A DNA stretch of 64,000 nucleotides from Octopus sinensis (Eukaryota): assembly GCF_006345805.1 (NCBI RefSeq), contig NC_042997.1, positions 211,544,001-211,608,000 of the forward strand, read 5' to 3'. A program made the position numbers and the translations under genes. Below, piece after piece: positions 36,242 to 49,000 of the stretch. Position 1 is the stretch's first letter; each line of letters begins with the position of its first letter. The notes below the pieces were generated by a model, which ran no database searches, was not told where the DNA came from, and saw nothing but the letters and a program-made list of their open reading frames with translations.

Positions 36242-37066
36242 GTAAGTATCAATCATATGATATTGTTTTATTGAAAGAGTTGTTGTACAACCCTAGGTAA
36301 TCATTGATCCAGCATCCCTGTGGCATGAATGGAATTGTCCATAAAACTCTGCACAACCCACAGATCTGTTTTTCCAGTCATACAACACCTCTGTCTGCTT
36401 CAAGACAGTAGCATGTACTTTGATGTCCAGTGATGTACAGTTTGGGCTACAGTGTGACAGTCTGGTGTTGTGGTATTCTGTACAGTTTCCAAAGCATGGA
36501 TTCTGGTTGTTTGAAATTGATGTAGACTCTATTGTAGATATTCCCTGAACATTTCGACTCAACCATAGTCTCTTGTGTGCAGTGTAGAGTCTTTTGTGCC
36601 TGTGGCACCCTGCCTTGTGGGTGGTTTTGTTGCTTCTTGCAGTATGTTCTCACCCAGATTCCCTCTTGTAAATAATAATTAATATCCCCTCTTCCATATT
36701 ACTGGTTTTTTTTTTTTTAATTACAAAATCCACCTGAATTACACTGTGCAACCACCAAATCTTGGAACATTTCTCTTTCTATTCATGGCATCCATATCTT
36801 CACTCAGACCAGACTTCCTGCTATCACATGATCTGTGTTGATCCTTCTGTCACATGATCTGTGTTAATCCAATGACCACATGATCTGGAATCCAATAATC
36901 ACTAGAGAAGTTGATTAATGTTATTCAAATGTGTAAAACATTTTGTTTAGAACAACAAATCTGTGTGGAATCTGTTAATCAAAGAATATATTAATTTACA
37001 ACTTAACGATTCCTTCCTGTAATAAAATGTTCATTATCAATTTCTAAACAATTATTTTTTTTTTAG

Positions 37067-37294
37067 ATTCTGGCAAACTTGACTCAAATAATAACCAATT
37101 GTCTGGAAAAAGCTGAGAAATTGGGTGCAAAAAGCCTTGCATTTCCTACATTAGGAGGTGGAAAATTGAAGTACCCCATTGAACAACTACCTGGAATTAT
37201 GTATGAAGCCGTGAAAAACTACTCAATTCAAAATTCAAGCCAGATCAAAGTTGTAAACTTTGTGGTTTATCCTGAAGACACAGAAATAGTAACG
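37067..37294 (+). CDS. Macrodomain exon
   Basis: Acceptor (t)nag. Encodes ILANLTQIITNCLEKAEKLGAKSLAFPTLGGGKLKYP..IKVVNFVVYPED. Donor probably acg|gttggt (alternative at 37288, same phase). Confidence 0.9.
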
Positions 37295-38115
37295 GTTGGT
37301 TGATGTTTTTGTTGTTAGTTGTTTCATGTTGATTTTCTTGGAATTTACCAAAGTGATATTCCACAATAAAGAAAAGAAATAGAAATGATCCTCATTTACA
37401 GCCCTTGTTCCATTTTGTAAGGGTGCAACATTTTGACTGGCTCAATGAGCCACAGGGTTTATTGAACCCCAGTGTCTGCTTTGGCATGGTTCTATGGCTG
37501 GATGCCATTCCTAGTGCCAACCACTTCACAGCATGTCCTGGGTACCTTTCTTCATGCTACCTTTAATGCTGTTCATTATATTTTGTTGTGCTTTATCCTT
37601 TCATTATACCATTTCCCATCACCAAATTCTTGCATCTGAAATATTCCATTGTAACATTTGAAGCTAAGAATGTTTTGCTTGTTGTTGTTGTTGTTGTATC
37701 CAAAACCAACTCTACAAGAATTGGTAACACTGAAGGACTTCTTTGCAGTTTGGCTGCTGATTTTATTGTTCTTATTTAACCCCGAGTCAGTTCTGATTCA
37801 GCAGATTTGAAGTCAGTGATGTCTGTCTTCCTTTCACTCTTTTCCTCCTCCTCTTCCAAGCTGCCACAATCATGACACATTTAAATAATGCCACACCAAT
37901 AATCTCTGTCTGCCTCCTCGCCCCCTTTCACTGTGTTTCTTGTTCTGTGTCTTTTCCAATAACATCAATGTAACTGAGTGGAACTCAACCTCCTGTCGGA
38001 GTGTGGAAATCTCCAAAATATAAAATCTGATTCGGTCGAGTGTTCAACAAAGTAGCAGGGGTCAGCAAACCCTACTCTGTGTTTGAGCATCAATAGCAGA
38101 GATGGGTGGATCGTC

Positions 38116-39890
38116 GTCATCATCATCATTGTTTAATGTCTGCTTTCCATGCTGGCATGGGTTGGACGGTTCCACTGAGGACTGTCAAACCAGAAGGCTG
38201 CACCAGGCTCCAACCTGATCTGGCAAGGTTTCTATAGCTGGATGCCTTTCCTAATGCCAGCCACTTCGAGAGTGTAGTGGGTGCTTTTTATGTACCACCG
38301 GCATGGGGGCCAGTCATGTGGCACTGGCAACAACCATCCTCAAATGGTGCTTTTTACGTGCCACCGGCACAGATGCCATTCAGGCAGTACTGGCATCGTC
38401 CACCACAATGACTTCACTTGACTCAACAGGTCTTCGCAAGTGCAGTTTATTGCCCAATGATTGATGGGTACTCTTAAATGGGCTGATTATATTACACTGG
38501 CATAGGCTATGGTCTCACTTGGCTTGCCAGGTCTTCTCAAGTACAGCATATCTCCAAAGGTCTTGGTTGCTTGTCATCACCTCCGTGAGTTCCAAAATTT
38601 CAAGGTTGTTCTTCACCACCTCATTCCTGGTCTTCCTGGGTTTACCTCTTCCACAGGTTCCCTCCATTGTTAGGGTGTGACACTTTTTCACACAGCTGTC
38701 CTCATCCATTCACAACACATGATCATACCAGCGCAGTCATCTCTCTTGCACACTATATCTGATGCTTCTTATGTCTAACTTTTCTCTCAGGGTGCTTACA
38801 CTCTGTTGTGTATGCACACTGACATTACACATCCAGTGGAGCATACTAGCTTCATTCGTGGCCAGCTTACACATGTCCTCAGCTGTCACAGTCATGTTTC
38901 ACTGCCATGTAGCATGGCTGTTCATACACATGCATCATGCAGCTTACATTTCAGTCTGAGTGAGAGGCCTTTCTTACCAGCAGAGGTAGGAGCTCTCTGC
39001 ACTTTGCCCAGGCTGTTCTTATTCTAGCAGTTAAGCATCCACCCCCAATGCTGACTTGGTCACCTAGGTAACAGAACAGAAGCTATCAACTAATGTTGAA
39101 AGGGGCTAAAACCAATCCTTAGCGAACTCTACTTCTACCGTAATTCTTCACATACTCATTGCCGACCATATCTTACTGACAGCCCTGGTACATGGCTTTG
39201 CACAGCTCTCACTAACCACTTATCTATCTCTAGTTTCCACATTGACCACCAGATAAGGGATCAGGGGACCCTGTCAAAGGATTTCTCCATGTCAACGAAA
39301 GCCAGCTACAGAAGTTTATCTTTGGCTAGGTATTTCTCCTGCAGCTGTCTTACAAGAAATATAGCATCAGTGGTGCTTTTCCCCGGCACAAACCCAAACT
39401 GTGTCTTGTCTAAACTGACTCTCTCCCAGATTAGTTAGGCTATGACCCTCTCCATGACTTTCGTCACCTGATCCAACAACTTGATACCTCTGTAATTATT
39501 CGTATCTAAAGCATCACCTTTACCTTTGTAGCAGCTGACTATTGTGCTGCTACACCAGTCATTGAGTATGACACCTTCATGGATCACCTGATTGACTATA
39601 CAGGTGACTAGGCTATAGCCAACACCACCAGATATTTTAAGCATCCCTGCGGTGATTTCTGATGGGCCAGGGACTTTCCCTGTCTTCATACCCTTAACTG
39701 CTTTATCTACCAATGTACTGTCAATTCAGATAGCTGGTCCCTCTGTTGGATCGACATTTGGCAGGCTCTCTTTCTCGCATTCATTCTCTTCATTTGGCAA
39801 CCTTTCATAGTGGTGTCTCCAAGTCTCTCTCTTTGCAGCCTCATTAAATGCAAGTGAGCCATCATCCATGCGGACACATTTCTTTTCCAT
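38116..39890 (-). mobile_element. Degenerate RTE copy with internal deletions
   Basis: KKCVRMDDGSLAFNEAAKRE, KTGKVPGPSEITA, NYRGIKLLDQV, MDEDSCVKKCHTL..GRGKPRKT, and the shared tail ending in (gat)n. Confidence 0.9.
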
Positions 39891-40002
39891 AAATAATGTG
39901 ATTTTTTTCCGTTGCATGAACTGAAAGTCGGAGGGGGATGGGATAAACTACCAGCATCACCTTGCTATAAAAGCAGGTAGTAATTTTACCTTTTAATTAT
40001 TC

Positions 40003-43000
40003 TTTTTTTAAACATATGAGATAATTGATTGAAAAACATCAAAGATGATACAAATTTTCCGAAGGCAGCAAAAAGCCAAGTCAAAAATAGTTTTAAAGGA
40101 TTAGAATCTTTTGACCAAGGAAAAATCTTTGTGAGAGTTTTTTTGAGTTTCATGTCATCTAAATGGCGAGATTAAAGGAACCGATGCTCTTTGGAATCGA
40201 AAACGAACCTCTCATGTTTTTAAACATATGAGATAATTGATTGAAAAACATCAAAGATCATACAAATTTTCCGAAGGCAGCAAAAAGCCAAGTCAAAAAT
40301 AGTTTTAAAAGATTAGAATCTTTTGATCAAGGTAAAATCTTTGTGAGAGTTTTTTTGAGTTTCATGTCATCTAAATGGCGAGATGAAAGGAACCGATGCT
40401 CTTTGGAATCGAAAACGAACCTCTCATATTTTTAAACATATGAGATAATTGATTGAAAAACATCAAAGATGATACAAATTTTCCGAAGGCAACAAAAAGC
40501 CAAGTCAAAAATAATGTTAAAGGATTAGAATCTTTTGATCAAGGTAAAATCTTTGTGAGAGTTTTTTTGAGTTTCATGTCATCTAAATGGCGAGATGAAA
40601 GGAACCGATGCTCTTTGGAATCGAAAACGAACCTCTCATATTTTTAAACATATGAGATAATTGATTGAAAAACATCAAAGATGATACAAATTTTCCGAAG
40701 GCAACAAAAAGCCAAGTCAAAAATAGTTTTAAAGGATTACAATCTTTTGATCAAGGTAAAATTTTTGTGAGAGTTTTTTTGAGTTTCATGTCATCTAAAT
40801 GGCGAGATTAAAGGAACCGATGCTCTTTGGAATCGAAAACGAACCTCTCATATTTTTAAACATATGAGATAATTGATTGAAAAACATCAAAGATCATACA
40901 AATTTTCCGAAGGCAGCAAAAAGCCAAGTCAAAAATAGTTTTAAAGATTAGAATCTTTTGATCAAGGAAAAATCTTTGTGAGAGTTTTTTTGAGTTTCAT
41001 GTCATCTAAATGGCGAGATTAAAGGAACCGATGCTCTTTGGAATCGAAAACGAACCTCTCATATTTTTAAACATATGAGATAATTGATTGAAAAACATCA
41101 AAGATGATACAAATTTTCCGAAGGCAGCAAAAAGCCAAGTCAAAAATAGTTTTAAAGGATTAGAATCTTTTGATCAAGGTAAAATCTTTGTGAGAGTTTT
41201 TTTGAGTTTCATGTCATCTAAATGGCGAGATTAAAGGAACCGATGCTCTTTGGAATCGAAAACGAACCTCTCATATTTTTAAACATATGAGATAATTGAT
41301 TGAAAAACATCAAAGATGATACAAATTTTCCGAAGGCAGCAAAAAGCCAAGTCAAAAATAGTTTTAAAGGATTAGAATCTTTTGATCAAGGAAAAATCTT
41401 TGTGAGAGTTTTTTTGAGTTTCATGTCATCTAAATGGCGAGATTAAAGGAACCGATGCTCTTTGGAATCGAAAACGAACCTCTCATATTTTTAAACATAT
41501 GAGATAATTGATTGAAAAACATCAAAGATCATACAAATTTCCGAAGGCAGCAAAAAGGCAAGTCAAAAATAGTTTTAAAGGATTAGAATCTTTTGATCAA
41601 GGTAAAATCTTTGTGAGAGTTTTTTTGAGTTTCATGTCATCTAAATGGCGAGATAAAGGAACCGATGCTCTTTGGAATCGAAAACGAACCTCTCATATTT
41701 TTAAACATATGAGATAATTGATTGAAAAACATCAAAGATGATACAAATTTTCCGAAGGCAGCAAAAAGCCAAGTCAAAAATAGTTTTAAAGGATTAGAAT
41801 CTTTTGATCAAGGTAAAATCTTTGTGAGAGTTTTTTTGAGTTTCATGTCATCTAAATGGCGAGATTAAAGGAACCGATGCTCTTTGGAATCGAAAACGAA
41901 CCTCTCATATTTTTAAACATATGAGATAATTGATTGAAAAACATCAAAGATCATACAAATTTTCCGAAGGCAGCAAAAAGCCAAGTCAAAAATAGTTTTA
42001 AAGGATTAGAATCTTTTGATCAAGGTAAAATCTTTGTGAGAGTTTTTTTGAGTTTCATGTCATCTAAATGGCGAGATTAAAGGAACCGATGCTCTTTGGA
42101 ATCGAAAACGAACCTCTCATATTTTTAAACATATGAGATAATTGATTGAAAAACATCAAAGATCATACAAATTTTCCGAAGGCAGCAAAAAGCCAAGTCA
42201 AAAATAGTTTTAAAGGATTAGAATCTTTTGATCAAGGTAAAATCTTTGTGAGAGTTTTTTTGAGTTTCATGTCATCTAAATGGCGAGATTAAAGGAACCG
42301 ATGCTCTTTGGAATCGAAAACGAACCTCTCATATTTTTAAACATATGAGATAATTGATTGAAAAACATCAAAGATCATACAAATTTTCCGAAGGCAGCAA
42401 AAAGCCAAGTCAAAAATAGTTTTAAAGGATTAGAATCTTTTGATCAAGGTAAAATCTTTGTGAGAGTTTTTTTGAGTTTCATGTCATCTAAATGGCGAGA
42501 TTAAAGGAACCGATGCTCTTTGGAATCGAAAACGAACCTCTCATATTTTTAAACATATGAGATAATTGATTGAAAAACATCAAAGATGATACAAATTTTC
42601 CGAAGGCAGCAAAAAGCCAAGTCAAAAATAGTTTTAAAGGATTAGAATCTTTTGATCAAGGTAAAATCTTTGTGAGAGTTTTTTTGAGTTTCATGTCATC
42701 TAAATGGCGAGATTAAAGGAACCGATGCTCTTTGGAATCGAAAACGAACCTCTCATATTTTTAAACATATGAGATAATTGATTGAAAAACATCAAAGATG
42801 ATACAAATTTTCCGAAGGCAGCAAAAAGCCAAGTCAAAAATAGTTTTAAAGGATTAGAATCTTTTGATCAAGGTAAAATCTTTGTGAGAGTTTTTTTGAG
42901 TTTCATGTCATCTAAATGGCGAGATTAAAGGAACCGATGCTCTTTGGAATCGAAAACGAACCTCTCATATTTTTAAACATATGAGATAATTGATTGAAAA

Positions 43001-46000
43001 ACATCAAAGATGATACAAATTTTCCGAAGGCAGCAAAAAGCCAAGTCAAAAATAGTTTTAAAGGATTAGAATTTTGATCAAGGTAAAATCTTGTGAGAGT
43101 TTTTTTGAGTTTCATGTCATCTAAATGGCGAGATTAAAGGAACCGATGCTCTTTGGAATCGAAAACGAACCTCTCATATTTTTAAACATATGAGATAATT
43201 GATTGAAAAACATCAAAGATGATACAAATTTTCCGAAGGCAGCAAAAAGCCAAGTCAAAAATAGTTTTAAAGGATTAGAATCTTTTGATCAAGGTAAAAT
43301 CTTTGTGAGAGTTTTTTTGAGTTTCATGTCATCTAAATGGCGAGATTAAAGGAACCGATGCTCTTTGGAATCGAAAACGAACCTCTCATATTTTTAAACA
43401 TATGAGATAATTGATTGAAAAACATCAAAGATCATACAAATTTTCCGAAGGCAGCAAAAAGCCAAGTCAAAAATAGTTTTAAAGGATTAGAATCTTTTGA
43501 TCAAGGTAAAATCTTTGTGAGAGTTTTTTTGAGTTTCATGTCATCTAAATGGCGAGATTAAAGGAACCGATGCTCTTTGGAATCGAAAACGAACCTCTCA
43601 TATTTTTAAACATATGAGATAATTGATTGAAAAACATCAAAGATGATACAAATTTTCCGAAGGCAGCAAAAAGCCAAGTCAAAAATAGTTTTAAAGGATT
43701 AGAATCTTTTGATCAAGGTAAAATCTTTGTGAGAGTTTTTTTGAGTTTCATGTCATCTAAATGGCGAGATTAAAGGAACCGATGCTCTTTGGAATCGAAA
43801 ACGAACCTCTCATATTTTTAAACATATGAGATAATTGATTGAAAAACATCAAAGATGATACAAATTTTCCGAAGGCAGCAAAAAGCCAAGTCAAAAATAG
43901 TTTTAAAGGATTAGAATCTTTTGATCAAGGTAAAATCTTTGTGAGAGTTTTTTTGAGTTTCATGTCATCTAAATGGCGAGATTAAAGGAACCGATGCTCT
44001 TTGGAATCGAAAACGAACCTCTCATATTTTTAAACATATGAGATAATTGATTGAAAAACATCAAAGATGATACAAATTTTCCGAAGGCAGCAAAAAGCCA
44101 AGTCAAAAATAGTTTTAAAGGATTAGAATCTTTTGATCAAGGTAAAATCTTTGTGAGAGTTTTTTTGAGTTTCATGTCATCTAAATGGCGAGATTAAAGG
44201 AACCGATGCTCTTTGGAATCGAAAACGAACCTCTCATATTTTTAAACATATGAGATAATTGATTGAAAAACATCAAAGATGATACAAATTTTCCGAAGGC
44301 AGCAAAAAGCCAAGTCAAAAATAGTTTTAAAGGATTAGAATCTTTTGATCAAGGTAAAATCTTTGTGAGAGTTTTTTTGAGTTTCATGTCATCTAAATGG
44401 CGAGATTAAAGGAACCGATGCTCTTTGGAATCGAAAACGAACCTCTCATATTTTTAAACATATGAGATAATTGATTGAAAAACATCAAAGATCATACAAA
44501 TTTTCCGAAGGCAGCAAAAAGCCAAGTCAAAAATAGTTTTAAAGGATTAGAATCTTTTGATCAAGGTAAAATCTTTGTGAGAGTTTTTTTGAGTTTCATG
44601 TCATCTAAATGGCGAGATTAAAGGAACCGATGCTCTTTGGAATCGAAAACGAACCTCTCATATTTTTAAACATATGAGATAATTGATTGAAAAACATCAA
44701 AGATGATACAAATTTTCCGAAGGCAGCAAAAAGCCAAGTCAAAAATAGTTTTAAAGGATTAGAATCTTTTGATCAAGGTAAAATCTTTGTGAGAGTTTTT
44801 TTGAGTTTCATGTCATCTAAATGGCGAGATTAAAGGAACCGATGCTCTTTGGAATCGAAAACGAACCTCTCATATTTTTAAACATATGAGATAATTGATT
44901 GAAAAACATCAAAGATCAGACAAATTTTCCGAAGGCAACAAAAAGCCAAGTCAAAAATAGTTTTAAAGGATTAGAATATTTTGATCAAGGTAAGATCTCT
45001 GTGAGAGTTTTTTTGAGTTTCATGTCATCTAAATGGCGAGATTAAAGGAACCGATGCTCTTTGGAATCGAAAACGAACCTCTCATGTTTTTAAACATATG
45101 AGATAATTGATTGAAAACATCAAAGATGATACAAATTTTCCGAAGGCAACAAAAAGCCAAGTCAAAAATAGTTTTAAAGGATTAGAATCTTTTGATCAAG
45201 GTAAAATCTTTGTGAGAGTTTTTTTGAGTTTCATGTCATCTAAATGGCGAGATTAAAGGAACCGATGCTCTTTGGAATCGAAAACGAACCTCTCATATTT
45301 TTAAACATATGAGATAATTGATTGAAAAACATCAAAGATGATACAAATTTTCCGAAGGCAGCAAAAAGCCAAGTCAAAAATAGTTTTAAAGGATTAGAAT
45401 CTTTTGATCAAGGTAAAATCTTTGTGAGAGTTTTTTTGAGTTTCATGTCATCTAAATGGCGAGATTAAAGGAACCGATGCTCTTTGGAATCGAAAACGAA
45501 CCTCTCATATTTTTAAACATATGAGATAATTGATTGAAAAACATCAAAGATCATACAAATTTTCCGAAGGCAGCAAAAAGCCAAGTCAAAAATAGTTTTA
45601 AAGGATTAGAATCTTTTGATCAAGGTAAAATCTTTGTGAGAGTTTTTTTGAGTTTCATGTCATCTAAATGGCGAGATTAAAGGAACCGATGCTCTTTGGA
45701 ATCGAAAACGAACCTCTCATATTTTTAAACATATGAGATAATTGATTGAAAAACATCAAAGATGATACAAATTTTCCGAAGGCAGCAAAAAGCCAAGTCA
45801 AAAATAGTTTTAAAGGATTAGAATCTTTTGATCAAGGTAAAATCTTTGTGAGAGTTTTTTTGAGTTTCATGTCATCTAAATGGCGAGATTAAAGGAACCG
45901 ATGCTCTTTGGAATCGAAAACGAACCTCTCATATTTTTAAACATATGAGATAATTGATTGAAAAACATCAAAGATGATACAAATTTTCCGAAGGCAGCAA

Positions 46001-49000
46001 AAAGCCAAGTCAAAAATAGTTTTAAAGGATTAGAATCTTTTGATCAAGGTAAAATCTTTGTGAGAGTTTTTTTGAGTTTCATGTCATCTAAATGGCGAGA
46101 TTAAAGGAACCGATGCTCTTTGGAATCGAAAACGAACCTCTCATATTTTTAAACATATGAGATAATTGATTGAAAAACATCAAAGATGATACAAATTTTC
46201 CGAAGGCAGCAAAAAGCCAAGTCAAAAATAGTTTTAAAGGATTAGAATCTTTTGATCAAGGTAAAATCTTTGTGAGAGTTTTTTTGAGTTTCATGTCATC
46301 TAAATGGCGAGATTAAAGGAACCGATGCTCTTTGGAATCGAAAACGAACCTCTCATATTTTTAAACATATGAGATAATTGATTGAAAAACATCAAAGATG
46401 ATACAAATTTTCCGAAGGCAGCAAAAAGCCAAGTCAAAAATAGTTTTAAAGGATTAGAATCTTTTGATCAAGGTAAAATCTTTGTGAGAGTTTTTTTGAG
46501 TTTCATGTCATCTAAATGGCGAGATTAAAGGAACCGATGCTCTTTGGAATCGAAAACGAACCTCTCATATTTTTAAACATATGAGATAATTGATTGAAAA
46601 ACATCAAAGATGATACAAATTTTCCGAAGGCAGCAAAAAGCCAAGTCAAAAATAGTTTTAAAGGATTAGAATCTTTTGATCAAGGTAAAATCTTTGTGAG
46701 AGTTTTTTTGAGTTTCATGTCATCTAAATGGCGAGATTAAAGGAACCGATGCTCTTTGGAATCGAAAACGAACCTCTCATATTTTTAAACATATGAGATA
46801 ATTGATTGAAAAACATCAAAGATGATACAAATTTTCCGAAGGCAGCAAAAAGCCAAGTCAAAAATAGTTTTAAAGGATTAGAATCTTTTGATCAAGGTAA
46901 AATCTTTGTGAGAGTTTTTTTGAGTTTCATGTCATCTAAATGGCGAGATTAAAGGAACCGATGCTCTTTGGAATCGAAAACGAACCTCTCATATTTTTAA
47001 ACATATGAGATAATTGATTGAAAAACATCAAAGATGATACAAATTTTCCGAAGGCAGCAAAAAGCCAAGTCAAAAATAGTTTTAAAGGATTAGAATCTTT
47101 TGATCAAGGTAAAATCTTTGTGAGAGTTTTTTTGAGTTTCATGTCATCTAAATGGCGAGATTAAAGGAACCGATGCTCTTTGGAATCGAAAACGAACCTC
47201 TCATATTTTTAAACATATGAGATAATTGATTGAAAAACATCAAAGATGATACAAATTTTCCGAAGGCAGCAAAAAGCCAAGTCAAAAATAGTTTTAAAGG
47301 ATTAGAATCTTTTGATCAAGGTAAAATCTTTGTGAGAGTTTTTTTGAGTTTCATGTCATCTAAATGGCGAGATTAAAGGAACCGATGCTCTTTGGAATCG
47401 AAAACGAACCTCTCATATTTTTAAACATATGAGATAATTGATTGAAAAACATCAAAGATGATACAAATTTTCCGAAGGCAGCAAAAAGCCAAGTCAAAAA
47501 TAGTTTTAAAGGATTAGAATCTTTTGATCAAGGTAAAATCTTTGTGAGAGTTTTTTTGAGTTTCATGTCATCTAAATGGCGAGATTAAAGGAACCGATGC
47601 TCTTTGGAATCGAAAACGAACCTCTCATATTTTTAAACATATGAGATAATTGATTGAAAAACATCAAAGATGATACAAATTTTCCGAAGGCAGCAAAAAG
47701 CCAAGTCAAAAATAGTTTTAAAGGATTAGAATCTTTTGATCAAGGTAAAATCTTTGTGAGAGTTTTTTTGAGTTTCATGTCATCTAAATGGCGAGATTAA
47801 AGGAACCGATGCTCTTTGGAATCGAAAACGAACCTCTCATATTTTTAAACATATGAGATAATTGATTGAAAAACATCAAAGATCATACAAATTTTCCGAA
47901 GGCAGCAAAAAGCCAAGTCAAAAATAGTTTTAAAGGATTAGAATCTTTTGATCAAGGTAAAATCTTTGTGAGAGTTTTTTTGAGTTTCATGTCATCTAAA
48001 TGGCGAGATTAAAGGAACCGATGCTCTTTGGAATCGAAAACGAACCTCTCATATTTTTAAACATATGAGATAATTGATTGAAAAACATCAAAGATGATAC
48101 AAATTTTCCGAAGGCAGCAAAAAGCCAAGTCAAAAATAGTTTTAAAGGATTAGAATCTTTTGATCAAGGTAAAATCTTTGTGAGAGTTTTTTTGAGTTTC
48201 ATGTCATCTAAATGGCGAGATTAAAGGAACCGATGCTCTTTGGAATCGAAAACGAACCTCTCATATTTTTAAACATATGAGATAATTGATTGAAAAACAT
48301 CAAAGATGATACAAATTTTCCGAAGGCAGCAAAAAGCCAAGTCAAAAATAGTTTTAAAGGATTAGAATCTTTTGATCAAGGTAAAATCTTTGTGAGAGTT
48401 TTTTTGAGTTTCATGTCATCTAAATGGCGAGATTAAAGGAACCGATGCTCTTTGGAATCGAAAACGAACCTCTCATATTTTTAAACATATGAGATAATTG
48501 ATTGAAAAACATCAAAGATGATACAAATTTTCCGAAGGCAGCAAAAAGCCAAGTCAAAAATAGTTTTAAAGGATTAGAATCTTTTGATCAAGGTAAAATC
48601 TTTGTGAGAGTTTTTTTGAGTTTCATGTCATCTAAATGGCGAGATTAAAGGAACCGATGCTCTTTGGAATCGAAAACGAACCTCTCATATTTTTAAACAT
48701 ATGAGATAATTGATTGAAAAACATCAAAGATGATACAAATTTTCCGAAGGCAGCAAAAAGCCAAGTCAAAAATAGTTTTAAAGGATTAGAATCTTTTGAT
48801 CAAGGTAAAATCTTTGTGAGAGTTTTTTTGAGTTTCATGTCATCTAAATGGCGAGATTAAAGGAACCGATGCTCTTTGGAATCGAAAACGAACCTCTCAT
48901 ATTTTTAAACATATGAGATAATTGATTGAAAAACATCAAAGATGATACAAATTTTCCGAAGGCAGCAAAAAGCCAAGTCAAAAATAGTTTTAAAGGATTA

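Noticed and set aside
36293-36653. Minus-strand ORFs in the intron
   Set aside because: Only a faint LINE-like phrase (LHKRLWLSRNV), too decayed to assign. Not a credible gene.
37576-37779. Candidate next exon of the macrodomain gene
   Set aside because: There is no convincing acceptor/donor pair and no similarity to macro, WWE or PARP sequence. It includes a (GTT)n run.
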